NCBI GenBank assembly: GCA_043228905.1 | Contig: JBHGNT010000015.1 | Location: 2,604,001 to 2,668,000 of the forward strand | Length of the DNA: 64,000 nt | Source: Azolla caroliniana | Lineage: Eukaryota; Plantae; Polypodiophyta | Reading direction: 5' to 3' | Shown here: positions 35,616 through 48,610 of the stretch, piece by piece | Layout: each line of letters starts with the position of its first letter | Numbering within the stretch: position 1 is the stretch's first letter | Notes under the pieces: generated by a model | What the model saw: the letters and a program-made list of their open reading frames with translations, nothing else | Databases searched by the model: none | What the model was told of the DNA's origin: nothing | Position numbers and translations under genes: made by a program

Positions 35616-38600
35616 ATGTGTAAGGAAGGAGTCGTAGCCAATTCCTAGGCCGACCGTGTAAGGAAGGAGTCGTAGCCAATTCCTAGCCAATTACTAGCGC
35701 CTTTACGATTGGCCCGTGTTTGCGCTCCACCTTCCCGTTTGCCTCCGGATTGTACATCATAGTGAGCGAGAGTTTAACCCCTAGTCGTTCAAATAGCTCT
35801 TCGGCCTCCTGTGCATCCAATTCCCCATGGTCCGCTATGATCTTTCCCACGCACCCGTACTGACACACTACCTCTTCGATTAGAAACCGGCATACCGCCA
35901 CAGTCGTCTTGTTCTACAGTGCGCGGCCCTCCACCTGGTTCGTCAAATCCTCCCGTGCAACCACCATGTACCGCATCTGCCCTACCCCCATCGGCATCGT
36001 TACTAAGTCTACCATCCACTTGAAATGGACAGTTGGCGGGTAGGTCGGGTGTAGCTCATCTCGATGTTGGACTAGGGAGTGCAGCTGACAACTTTCGCAC
36101 GTCATTACGAACTGGTACACATCCTGGTACAGCCCTGGCCACCAATACTTCTCTTTTAATTTCTCAAACGTGGCCCACGTCCCACGGTGTCCGGCCCAAG
36201 GACTCTCGTGGTACGCCGTTAACAACTCCTCTTGCTCACCCTTTCTCGCCACCACGCGGAGCAGAATGCCACCTCACCTCTTTGGGAGCTTCCATATACT
36301 TCCGTCCAATAGGAAGAACCGGTACGCTTTCTTCCGGATCTGGTTAGCCTCCTCTCTGGACCATGCCACGTCCGGCGTCATTATCCTCAGGAACCTTCCA
36401 ATCTGGAGCCACTTCCCGTCGTACTCGCTATCATTGAACTTGTTAAGCGTTGGAGTGCTCCCTGCCCTTGTCGCTACGCAAGCCGACTCGAAGAAGTCTA
36501 CGCCAACTTCTTCGTCCTCCGAAACCATGATGTTCTCGTCGTCGAACCGTGCTCTAGAAAGCATATCGGCCATGGCGTTGTCCTTTCCGGAGATGTGTCG
36601 TATCTCCGGATCCAGAGATTTAATGTACGCGATCCACCTGAGCATTGCCAAGTCTGGAGTCGTGCATCCGGAAACCATACCGAGGATCGGCAAGCAGTCT
36701 GTCTCGATGATTACTTCTGTCCCGATCAAGTAGTCTATATCGGCCTTGACCGCCGAAACAATACCCCACGGTTCGCACTTAACTTGGGCGTATCCTCGTT
36801 GTCGCTCACTAAGAACCTTCGCCCCAAACCGGATCGCGAACCACGTGCCATTCTCGTCCTCTTGATTGATCACCCATCCTATCCCGGTCAGATTCGTATC
36901 TACGGTTACGTAGATTGGGACCTCCTTGCCGTAATCCGATTTCCGGAGAGTCGGTGCCGCAGTAAGTGCCTCCTTCAGTCTCCGAATCGACTCCGTATGC
37001 TCCTTGCCCCATTCGAATTTACGCCCCTTCTTCAGTAGCCCGTAGAGTTGTTCCGCGACGTGTGCTTAGTGCAGAATACAGATGTGATAGAACGCACACG
37101 CCCCCAAGAACCTTTGGACCTCCGTAACCGACCCGCACTCGTCCTTCATCGCAAAGATGGCCTCCACTTTCGCGGGAAACGGTTTCTGGCCGTAAGGCCC
37201 GCACAAGTGCCCAACTACCAGGATCTCCGACTGCCCGAAAGCTGACTTCTCTCTGGAGAAGGTGAGCCGCGCGCTCTCAAGTCTCTGTAGCACCTTCTCG
37301 CAGACGTTGATGTGGTTCGCGACGAACTTCCGGCATCCGTCCGGCCCAACCAATTCGTCCTTACTCCCCACTAGACATCCCTTGATCGTGATGTCGTCCA
37401 AGAATGGCATGGTGATGTCCGGGGTGCAATCCCTCAGCACTTTGTTCATTGCATTCACCATGTGCGCCACCGAGTTGGTCCCTCCCTACGGCAAGGTACA
37501 CATCCGCACTAGGCCGAGAGGAGTCCGCATCGTCGTGATATCCCAGCTCTCTACAGCTAGTTGGAACTGGTCATACCCTGAATATAGATCACCGACCGAA
37601 TAGATTGACCTTCCGGCGAAGGCCTCCGCGAACTCGTCGATTGTCGGTCTGATACCTGCATTTCGAATAGTCACCTTGTTGACCGGCTACAGGTCTTGTA
37701 TGAAGCGCAGCGTGCCGTTCTTCTTTGGCACAGTGAACCACCAATTCAAATACGGGGCACTCGACGGCTCGAGGATGCCCATCTCCACTTTATGTTTCAG
37801 CAGCTCCATCAACTTTGGGACGTGAGCTCTGGGTACCGGGATTCCACGGTACATGCGGCACTGTGAATATCACCATCGGTACTACGATCGTCGGGTCTAT
37901 GCACCCGATCTCCTCCAGTAAGAATGCGAAGGCCTTCTCGTGCCTTCCGAGCATCCTCCGAAACCAGTCCTCCTCTGCCGGCAGTAGAAATCCACCCCCA
38001 CCAACCTTGAGCTCCCGTAGCGTTATGTCGGTGAGCCGGTGTCCTATGTCGATTGGATTCTACAAACTTGGGTCGGACGCGAACCCTTTCATCCGCTCCT
38101 TGCTGTCCTCTGGCAAGGGAGCCGCGACTGGCCTCACCTTCCGGTCCACAGTCTTATACCTTGTATCCACGCGAGCTGTTCGGTTTGACTCGACCCTTTC
38201 TCCGAAGTTAGCAATGACTTCGTACATCTCCACTGAGCTAACCGGAATCGTCCGGTCTTCACTAAGGCCTTCTTCGACCACACCGCGTAGTTCCCCCAAG
38301 GTGTCATCGAAGGAGACCGCCTCCATGGCGCCGCCAATCTCTTCGCCAAGGCCGAGAATGCCGCACGCCCTGAATCTTTCCTCCGCCCGCTTCTTTTCCC
38401 GGCCGTTGATGCTAGCTATAGTACAACCTCCGTTATCAGAGAACAAAAATTTCCTATCTATGGTACATGTGTGGGCTTTTCCTGGGGTATCCGGACTACC
38501 GCGGCCCCACACCTTGATAGCCCTCTCTAAAAATCCCCTCGGCTATCACCGTCGAGGGTCTCGCAGTTACGCTCATGATTCGGCCTCACCGTCAGAAATT

Positions 38601-38633
38601 GAACGGAGCGTTGCCCGTCCTGGCTCTTTATGT

Positions 38634-39271
38634 TGTCGTGAATATGCGCGTGCGAGCGTGCTTCGCTTGAGCGGGACCACCGGGGTCTTGGACCAAGGAG
38701 GATGTCCGTCAAGGTATTGAGAAGAGGACGATGTGAATGTAAGATTGGAGGAAGACCTATTACACTTGAGAAGATTGAAGATTGTACACTTGAGAAGTAG
38801 ATAAATAATTACAAGATAGATGTGAAGAAGAAGAAATAGAAGCTTATATTATTGATGGTGATGATGATCATGATATCATATTGAGCCCCCCTTACACAAG
38901 TGTCCATGCACAAAACCATGGGCTTGGAGCCATGGTTTCTGTGCACACAGTTTTGCTTTGTGACATGCAGGAAACCATGGGCTTAAAACCGTGGTTTTGT
39001 GTACACGGTTTTGTTTGTTTGTTTCCTACGGAATACTGAATATGAGAAAGAAATATAGAACATCTAAAGCACTTAGTAGTAGCTTTAGTGGTAAGGTAAT
39101 TGCCTCTTACCTTAGAGGTGCAAGGTTCAAATCCTACTTGCAACCCTCTACATGCACTCAATGCCATTGTGACCTAGGTTTATTTATTTTCATTTTTACA
39201 AGTATTCGTGAAATGTGTGTGGATCCTCAATTTTTGACTTTTTCTCACACTAGACATGCCACATCACGACA
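38634..39271 (-). mobile_element. Solo LTR of the TR-GAG family (TRG3)
   Basis: TGTCGTG..CACGACA, homologous to 21187-21826. TSD ATGT/ACGC (C>T decay) within the ARVK codons of C protease. Confidence 0.88.
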
Positions 39272-41978
39272 ACGCGTGCATATGCCGAACCGTTGTCTAG
39301 CACCTTCGTTTCCATGCGTGCCGTTGTAATGTACAGTTCGCCGAGTATCACCGGGTGCGAGGATGTCTCCTGCACAAAGAAGTGTTGATCTATCTCGACG
39401 TCGCCGATCTTTATGCGTACATTTGGGCACGCACCATGCAACTCCTCCGTAGCGCGCGTTGCCGCGCGTATCTTCCATCCATGCTTGGTGTTGATCGGTC
39501 ATTTCCCCTTTTTATAGAAATCCATGGACATCAAGTTGATTTCAGATCCATGGTCTATCAATGCCACCACCGGCTTCGGAATGTCCCCGATCTGAACAAG
39601 GGTCTCCGTAGTGTCTTTGGCCCAATGCAACTTCGAATAGTGGTTGTCCGCCAACTCGTCCTCTAGGGCCGTGTCTTCTAGGCGTGTCGTCCGCACCTCC
39701 ACAGGCTTCTCCAGCTCCGGCTTCGTCGAGAGCCGCTTACGCTTTACCAAGTCTACAATGGAGTCGTGGAACTCCTTCTTGGCAATCCCGAGTACCTCCT
39801 GTAACAACAGCTCCACCTTGCTATCGAGGATCCGTTCCTCAAGGACCCTTTCGTAGGTCCGTCGTTCACTCGATTTCGGTGCTCAGCCGGAAACCGGCCG
39901 GCTTCTTTCTATCCGGCACGCCGGTGTTGGCGGCATCATTCGGCTTCGGTCCGAACCGGGTCTCGTACCGTTGTGAGCGACCGGCCCCTCCAGCCTTCTC
40001 CGCGCGCTTGTCTTCTACCAGAACCTCGTAGTTCTAGCATGCGGCTTCCACGAAGCCGGTCTTTTCTTCAACCGGATCGTCCCATCCGGTGACCTCCCGA
40101 ATCCACTGCTCCGCGCGGTCCGCTTCCTCTTTCCTCAGCCAAACCCCGGAGAGGCCTTCTAGCACTAGCGGCCAGAATCCGGAGTCTGTCGCCTTCCGAC
40201 CCTCGTCGCCCCTAGCCCGGATACCCGCCGACGTAGAGTAGTGGACGGCCTCTGCGTGTCGCGCCGCAGCTTCCTCCATTAACCACTTCATTCCGTCGCG
40301 CCCGAAATTTGTCTCTACGGCTCTCTGAGTATCACCAACGTGCACTCGTCCGTTCCATAGGTACACCACATTACCCCAGAGGGCTACGGCAAACTCCATG
40401 CAGTCTCGTCGGCTATGTCCGACCGCGTCGCACCACATACACCGTTGTCCAACCGGTGGCCTTCGGTCGCGTGGCTGCCCTCCAGTGTCTCTCCAGGCCT
40501 GCGCGATCTACAGGTCGCGCACCATTTGTGTCAGCTCCTCAAGAACCGCTCCCCCAGATGGGCCCTTGACCGCACCGGTCGATGCTGAGCCGGTTTCAAG
40601 CCAATCCCAGGTTTCCTCCTTTCGTGCCGGCAAAGGCTCGTCAAACTTCCTTGTCGGGGTGGGTCCCGTCACCGACGATTTCTCGTCGCCCCACTCTCGC
40701 CGTTTGTCGAAGCAGCTGCAGACCCCTTTGATCGTGGCCTAGTCGGTCGTCAACCCATCATCTATCTCCAGTAGGAGACCCACCTAGTCCCTATCCCACA
40801 CGTCCACCGATTTGACAAACAACAAGACACGGCTCATGTCCAGCACGGTCTTGTTCAGCATTGAGAGCTGTGCGAAGCATTCTTCGAACTCCCGGAGGAG
40901 CACCGATGCATTCCTCCCCTTTCCGGGAGTTTCCACCCACTCCATGAAGTCCCGCTTCGATAACCGACGCACATCATCGAGCATGTACCTTTCGAGGAGT
41001 CGTGCTTCGAATTCTCCCCAGGTCCGGCATCAAGCCTGTACCTCGAGCACCTCTACATGGATGCCCGGTGTCGCCACCCGAGGGAACCCGGAAAGACGCC
41101 TATCCTCCGGAATGTCTCTCATCACCATCTCAGCTCGGTAAGCCATCAAATAGTTTGTGGCGTCCTTTCCACCGAATCGGCCTATTGTGCCGACAATTGC
41201 TTCAATGGCCCTATCGAGGGCGCTCGTGCCCTATCGAGGGCGCCCGTGCCCTCGCGAGCACTTACTATCCGATCGACTGCTATTGCCATGGCTTTGACAA
41301 GCTCAGATCCCCTCATCTTCGACTCCTCTGCCGCCCGGTTTCACATCGGGTTCACCAAATATGTTGTGTTGTTTCGCTTATGCGTGTGAAATAAGGTGGG
41401 ACCACGGGGGCCCTGAACCGAGGAGCAAGAGAGACAAGAGGAAATGAGGAGCGTGCAAGTGCAAGGCCTACTAGACCTGTCAGCAACCGACAGGACTTGC
41501 CCACTGAATGAACCACCAACGCGTATACCGACTTAACCAAGAAGCACACTCGAGAGAAACGAAAGAGGAGACATCCATAAACACAGATAGGCAAGAACAA
41601 GAGATTCAATTCCAATAACAATGACGATTGCAACGATTGCAACCCTACAGAGTATGATGATAGAGGAGGAGAGAGCTCGGTTCCCAGTCCGACATCACCT
41701 CCTTCTTACCCCAAAACGCGATACTTTCTTCTTCTTCTCCCCTCCCTTTTATAGGTCGTCGAGCGGGCTGTTACATCAAAACACGTCCCCTTTATTCTCT
41801 GTCCCTCGGACAGAGATACGCATCGATTTCCTAATGAATATGTCATACCTAGTATACTTATATCAGTCGTCCTATTCCTAGTTATGTACAACTGATATCA
41901 ATTCGCACACACTCGTGGAAGGGTGGGTTCATGCCTTTAATTCCTCGATTCCTCTTAGGGCCGGTTTTCTTCACAACA

Positions 41979-44900
41979 GCGTGGGCGAACTTAAAGAAAA
42001 TGTTTGCCGCCAACACAACCGCCCAAAAGCTTCAACTTCGACAAGAGTTGAACAACATTTGGCAAAAAGACATGTCTGTGTCAGACTACACCGCCAAGAT
42101 CAAGAGTGTTTGCGACTCGCTTAGCTCCATCAAAATAAATGTCGATGAAGATGAGATGGTTCAAGTATGCTTGGGTGGCCTCGCACAACAATTCAACTCG
42201 TTGAGGACGGCAATCTCCTCCTTAGTTCTTCAACCTTCAATCAATGCTAATGGTTGAAGAGAACCACGTGCAAACCAAAACCAAGACATCTAAAGGACAA
42301 ATGTTCTTCTTAATTCGGATGATGGCCGAGGATCAGGTCAAGGTCGAGGCGGTAGAAGAGGTCGATTCGACCCATCACATCAAGGGAACTCAAACCTTCG
42401 ACAACAAGACGGAAGCCATCAAGGAACCTTTGGAAGAAGGGGGATCATTCATGCCGAACAAGGTCGGGAAATAAGGCCCACAACTTGCAATTATTGCGGA
42501 AAAATCGGCCACCACGAGGAGAAGAGCCAAGAATGAAGAAGCGAGTCGGCTTCGACAAGTCGACAACTGACAAATTATGCCACCAACTCCGAATACGATG
42601 ACTACGGCGGACTATTCGTAATGAGGCATAGAGTGAACTCTATGTCGGCCTCCGACTCGGCAAGCACCTCCAATTTGGAAGACGTGTGGTTCGTCGATTC
42701 CGGCACCTCACATCATATGACATCCCACAAAGAGTGGTTCAATGACTTGCGTACACCGGATCAACCCGGCTTTATAGAGAGGGGAGATGACACTACACAT
42801 CCCATTTGGCACATCGGCAATGTCCCATTCGGGAAAGAAGGTGAGCAAACTTGCATCAAGAATGTATTGCATGTGCCCACAATAACGAAGAATTTGGTCT
42901 CCGTCGACCAAATCGTGGAGCAAGGCATGCAAGTCCGCTTCAACAATGAAGGTTGTTTCATCGAGAAAGATGGCTAACTCATAGCCAAGGGACGAAGAGA
43001 CGGTCGAATGTTCATCCTCGATTCGAATGAGGTGAAATCAACCATGAATGCCAAAGGTCTCAAAACTAAGAGAAGCATCGAGTTGTGGCACAAAAGAATC
43101 AGCCACATAAACCTCCAACGGCTTCGAGCAATGCAATCAAAGGGAGTCGTCATCGGACATCCGGCATTCGAGTTGAAACGAGTCGACTGAGTATGCGAAA
43201 CATGCCAACTCGGCAAACAACATCGACTCCCATTCCCGAAGGAGAGCTACTAGAGCAAAGGCCTCCTCGACGTCATACATTCGGATGTATGGCGATTGGC
43301 TCAAACGCCGACGATCGGAGGATGTCGATTCTACGTCACATTCATTGACAACTACTTGCGCTACGTGTGGATCTTCCCGATGAAGAAGAAGAGCGAAGTG
43401 TTCTCCCACTTCCAAACGCTCAAAGGCCAAGTCGAAAAAGAAACTGGTCGGCACATTCGATGCCTACGATCGGATGGAGGCAAGGAGTACTTCTTCGATG
43501 AATTCACCTCCTACCTCCAAAGTGAAGGCATTCGGAGAGAATTCTCGTGCCGACACACACCCCAACAAAATGGAGTTGCCGAAAGGAAGAATCGGCAAAT
43601 ACTCGAGGTAGCATGTTCCATGATGCATGAGAAGCACATGCCGAATTTCTATTGGACCAAAGTGGCATCCATGGCCGTCTAGCTCATGCACCAGTGCACC
43701 ACTAATGGAGTGCATGAGCTAACTCCATACGAGCTCCTCGTCGGAAGGAAGCCGATCCTGTCACACCTCAAGGTGTTCGGAAGCATTGTGAATGTACGCA
43801 TCCCGAACGAACAACGGCAAAAGCCCAACACGAAGTCAGAAGAATGTATCCTCCTAGGATACTCGTCTGAGAAGAAGGCATACAATTGCTATAACCCTTC
43901 TACCCGAGCGGTTTGGGTAAGTTGAGATGTAGTCTTCGACGAGTCTGCATCCTGGTACGCACTAGAGACAACTTCAACTCCGACTCCGCTCGACCCGGAA
44001 TCCACCGAACAAGAGGTAGAAGATGGAGATCACTTCGAACACATGTTCGAAGAAAGTCCGATTACGACAAGGCTTACTGGGCCACAAGAGCCCCCGCACG
44101 ACCCAAGCACGCCGCGGCCAAGTACGACCTTGGACAAAGGCAAAGGTAAGATGCCTGAATACGAAGTCGACCACCCCAACAACAATGATTCGGATGTGTC
44201 GACTCCCTCACTAGACAGTGAGTTTGGTGTACCCATCATGCGGACACCCGGAGTAAATAAGGCGCTCACATCGGCGAGCAAAAAACTTTGACGCTCTTCT
44301 AGAGAGAAGAATCTCGTCACTCAGCTCGGCTACAACAAGTACATGGCCCATCATTATGCCTTCGCGATGAAGGTAGCGGCCGAACAAGAGCCCAAGAGCT
44401 CCACCGAAGAGGCTCGTAACCCACGATGGGTGGAAGTAGTCGACATTTGCCCACACAGTACAAGCCTTCGTCACCAGCTTGAGGGAGAGGAGCTGAGATT
44501 GCCACAGCGAAGAAAGCCAAAGGCCGGACGGAAGCACACGAAGCCAACGAAAGCCAAATCAGATGTCGGACACCTCACACTTGAGCTTGAGGGGGCGTGT
44601 TGAGAGATCAAGCTCGACTTAGTTTAGTTATTTAGTCAACCATGTAACTTCGTAGTTACCTAGATAGAATCTAGTTAGGAGTGTTGACTATAACGCCTTT
44701 AATAGGACCTTGTACTTGTGAGGACTACACGCTCTCGTGTCCAACGCTCGGCCACAACTGAGTCTAGGATCAAAACACAGAAAAACGGGTAATGTACGCA
44801 CGACACAATAAAGAGAAGAATACACAGGATGTTTACGTGGAAAACCCAAACACGGGAAAAACCACGGCAGTCCACAGACTGCAAACTATCACTATGTTAT

Positions 44901-45653
44901 AATATACAATAGATGAACACAGAGGCAACGACCTCTTGTTCACTGTCTTCGCCACAGGCGGCGGTTACAACAGAGACAACGTCCTCTTCGTCTCTCACTC
45001 TCTCTCTATACACGGTTGCACTCAAATCTTGCACCAACAAGAATGACCACACATCTACAATAAGTTTGGCCTAAGTCATATTTATACTAATATGACTTTT
45101 CGGCTATTTACAAATATAGCCCCAATGGACTCTCAGAAACATATTTACGAATATGTCCCTTCATCCAGTGAGCACTCCTCACCGGGCTTGCATCATCCGA
45201 CTCTTGCCGGGCACTCGTCATCCGGTTCTCACCGGATCTTCCATTGCCGGGTACTCCACATCCGGATTCGGCCTCGGCCGAGTGGCTCATCAACATTGTT
45301 CTTCTCACTTCCCATCCGGAGGGACCTGTTTCCTAACAGTACTTAAGTGGGATATTATAGATCCTCCCCTCCTAAGTACATTTAATATAGGACTTACACC
45401 TTAGTACCTATATTCTACTCACACATGTGCACCTTTGCACATGAGACGTATATACAACTCATTCTGGGTATTTTTGTATCTTGATGATGATGATGCTAAT
45501 TTAATATAGAGTTAATAATCCCCCATCTTGTGTTGTTCATAAGTGTAACTTCCTCTCTTTCCTCTCACACACATATCACTTAATCTTCCGCTTATCAATT
45601 AATCATATAATTAGGTACTTATTAACCCATAGTTAATCACCTAATTCTTAACA
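41979..45653 (+). mobile_element. 3' half of copia2 (gag-PR-IN, RT largely deleted, PPT, 3' LTR 44598-45653)
   Basis: Resumes at GCGT (AWANLKKMFAAN). Contains WFVDSG, YVTFID and QQNGVAERKNR, PPT GAGGGGGCG and TSD ACAAA. Confidence 0.9.
44717..45338 (-). mobile_element. Solo LTR of copia family 1 inside the copia2 3' LTR
   Basis: TG..CA with 5-bp TSD GTACT (44712-44716, 45339-45343). Homologous to 15674-16307. Confidence 0.92.
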
Positions 45654-45768
45654 ACAAAGAATTGTTGGCAATTATTGATTCTTTTGAGCAATGGTGTCAC
45701 TTCTTGTAGGACTGTCCTCACCAAATTATTGTTTACAACGATCATAAGAACCTCACATGCTTTTAAAA

Positions 45769-47046
45769 TGTTATAAAAATATACCAAAACTCCAAACTCG
45801 TAATCGAGATTTGAACCCATGACCTCTTCAAAGAAGATGTATAACCTCAACCACAAGAATAAACCATATTGTACATAATATTTTTTATAACTTTCATTAA
45901 ATATTTATGCATGTGTCCAAACCATGCTATATAAGCACGAATTCGAGTATTGATGAACCATTCCGGTTCAATGCCAATCTTTGGCATATTCTTGTAATCC
46001 TTGTTCTCCTTGTTAATACATTGTCAATTTCCTCGTATTTCTCTCTCGTTCCTCAAGTTCTCGTTCTTTTCTTCACTTCAAACTTGTCATTGGCTACAGC
46101 CCTAACAGTTTGAACTAGAATCCTACCCTTCTTCACTGCACTATCTTTTTTATCTCTTCTGTTTTCCGTTAAAGCTTTCATCCTATCTTCTCATAACCAT
46201 GGCGGTAGTAAGTGAACAAGATTATATGTGCCATCTAGGTGATCTTGAATGCTTAACTACTAAGATCACTCTTGGAATCTTATATTTCGAACTCTATTCC
46301 AGATTGTGTTGTTCCCCCTCCACCTTCTATTGAGCTTGATGAAAGTCCAAAATATGAGGTGAAAACCATTTTGGATTCCAAAGTTGTCACAAAAAATTGT
46401 ATTATTTTGTTAATTAGTTGGGTTATACACCTACAGATCGAACATGGGAGCCAACGGAAAATCTCAATAATGCCAAAAAAACTATACTTGAATTTCATCA
46501 TCGATATCTGAATAAGGCAAGTCCTAGTTCATGTATTGTGACTCGTGGAACGCATCGTCAAAGAAAGAGGATAATGTTATGAACATATACCAAAACTCCA
46601 AACTCGTAATAAAGATTTGAACCCATGACCATTTCAAAAAAAAGTGTAACCTCAACCACTAGGACAGATCATACTGCACTCTTATTTTTTATTAGATACT
46701 TAGGACACATATACAATATTATGAAATGTTGCCATTCGCGTGGGCTAACACATGATCACCAAGTGTCATGCTTGCATGAATGGCAAGTGGCAATGCTTAC
46801 ATAAATGACAAGTAGCGATCAGGTGTGCCTCAAGGTGGCGAGCATGCATGTGTCTAAACCTACTATATAAGCATGTATCCAAGTATTGATGAACCATTTT
46901 GATTCAATGCCAATCTTCCGCATATTATTATAACCCTTGAGTCTTCTCCTTGTTAATACATTATCAATTTCCTCGCATTTCTCTCTTATTTTCCTCTTCT
47001 CATTCTCGTCTTCACTTTAAACTTGTCCTTGGCTATGGCCCTAACA
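45769..47046 (+). mobile_element. 1.28-kb TRIM-like chromovirus derivative retaining a chromodomain-coding remnant
   Basis: LTRs 45769-46107 and 46575-47046, TSD TAAAA/CAAAA. The 467-bp interior has PPPPSIELDESPKYEVKTILDS and PPT AAGAAAGAGGATAA. Confidence 0.85.
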
Positions 47047-48160
47047 CAAAATGCTCAAGTCCTAAATCGACAACAAGTTTGATGGGAACCATTTTGACAC
47101 AGTTCAACTTTGTGATAACATATCGACCAGGAATACAATAAGTTAAAGTTGATGCCTTATTCAAATCTCTTATTTTGCACCAAAACCGGGGGACCCAACT
47201 TATGATCATGAAGAACAAGTCTTTTTTATCCCTAACCATTTGCGATTAATAGTAACAAATGTTTCTGAGACACCTTTATTTCTTGATTCTTTGCTCAAGC
47301 ATTGGTTCAGGTGATTTTGCACAATATATTTTAGACCACGTCGTTCCAAATCGTGGCTTCTTATTCACGCTCCAAGTTTTCCTGTATAGATTATGGGAAC
47401 TTTAGTTGGCATGATGGGTTGCTTTTGCGAAACATCCGTATTTATATTCCCAATGGACCTTCTCAACTTGAAGTCTTGCAACATTGTCATGATTCACCAT
47501 TGGCTAGACATTTCGAAGTTGTGAAAACATTGGAACTAGTTACTTGAAACTATTAGTTGTCACGAACACACCAACCATGGACTACGACGGAGCATGGATG
47601 ACGAGGGTACAACCAATAAGTGGAACCAGAAGTGAGGAGGCTCGGAACTCAAGAAGTTATGAGCGACAAGATTATGAACATAGGAAGCTAGGGTTAACTG
47701 GAGAGCATGAAGAAAAATATGAAGATCAAGGAGACAATATGGAATGAAACGAGAGTACTAGATTGATGTGTCAATGACTGGTGTTGAATCCCTTGAAAGG
47801 AACCAAGGAGGTTACAAGTATTTATACAAGTTCCGAGATTGAATGTCTCTAGAATATACTCGAGAAATATCTCTAGAATATGCCCATCTAGAATATATCG
47901 TACAATATTTCTAGAATATATTAACGAGTAGGATATTCCGATTCCGAAATGTACTATACTTTGGACTATAGAATACTAAACCATTATATACAAATGCATG
48001 ATACAAATGCATGCTCATATCAAAATGGTTGAGCATGAAATCTTGTTGATGTGAGGTTGTAGGTTCAATTATGTCACTGTATCATGACATTATCCTCCCC
48101 TTTACGACACCTTTTCGAAAGTGTGATGTAGTAGTGAGCAGGGAGTGGAGCACAAAGAGA

Positions 48161-48610
48161 CGTGAGAAACCATGTGTTGGCCTCATTGGAGACACGAACA
48201 CCAACTGACGTGAGCAACCATGGGTGGTCCTCATCGGGAACACAAACGGGTGTGAGCGACCATGGGTGGTCCTCATCGGGAACACAAACGGGTGTGAGCG
48301 ACCATGTGTGGTCCTCATCGGGAACACAAACGGGCATGAGCGACCATTTGGTCTTCACCGAGAACTGCAACACGAACAGGTGTGAGCGATCATGTGTGGC
48401 CCTCACTGGGAATTGGAACATGAGGGACCATGTACGGTCCTCACCAGGAATTGGAACTAGAACACGAATGAGCGTGAGTGACCATGCGGTTCTCACTAGG
48501 AACTAGAACATGAACGGGAGTAAGCGACCATGCGGTCCTCACCGAGAACTGGAACAAGAACATGCGTTAGTGACCATGTACGGTCCTCACCGGGAACTAG
48601 AATAACAATG
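48161..48610. repeat. ~39-45-bp tandem array inside element G
   Basis: About ten units of GTGAGCGACCATG(G/T)GTGGTCCTCA(T/C)CGGGAAC. Confidence 0.9.

Larger units (their letters stand above)
34013..41978 (-). mobile_element. Gypsy copy C, older and decayed, carrying two solo LTRs
   Basis: LTRs 41362-41978 and 34013-34415, Trp PBS 41340-41357, PPT, and gag-pro/pol remnants with many stops. Target GCGT in copia2 gag. Confidence 0.92.

Noticed and set aside
39075-39150. Functional tRNA gene
   Set aside because: No acceptor stem or 7-nt anticodon loop. Reported as a tRNA-like module instead.
48161-48610. CRISPR-like array or repeat protein
   Set aside because: Head-to-tail degenerate repeats without unique spacers, no cas genes, eukaryotic retroelement context.
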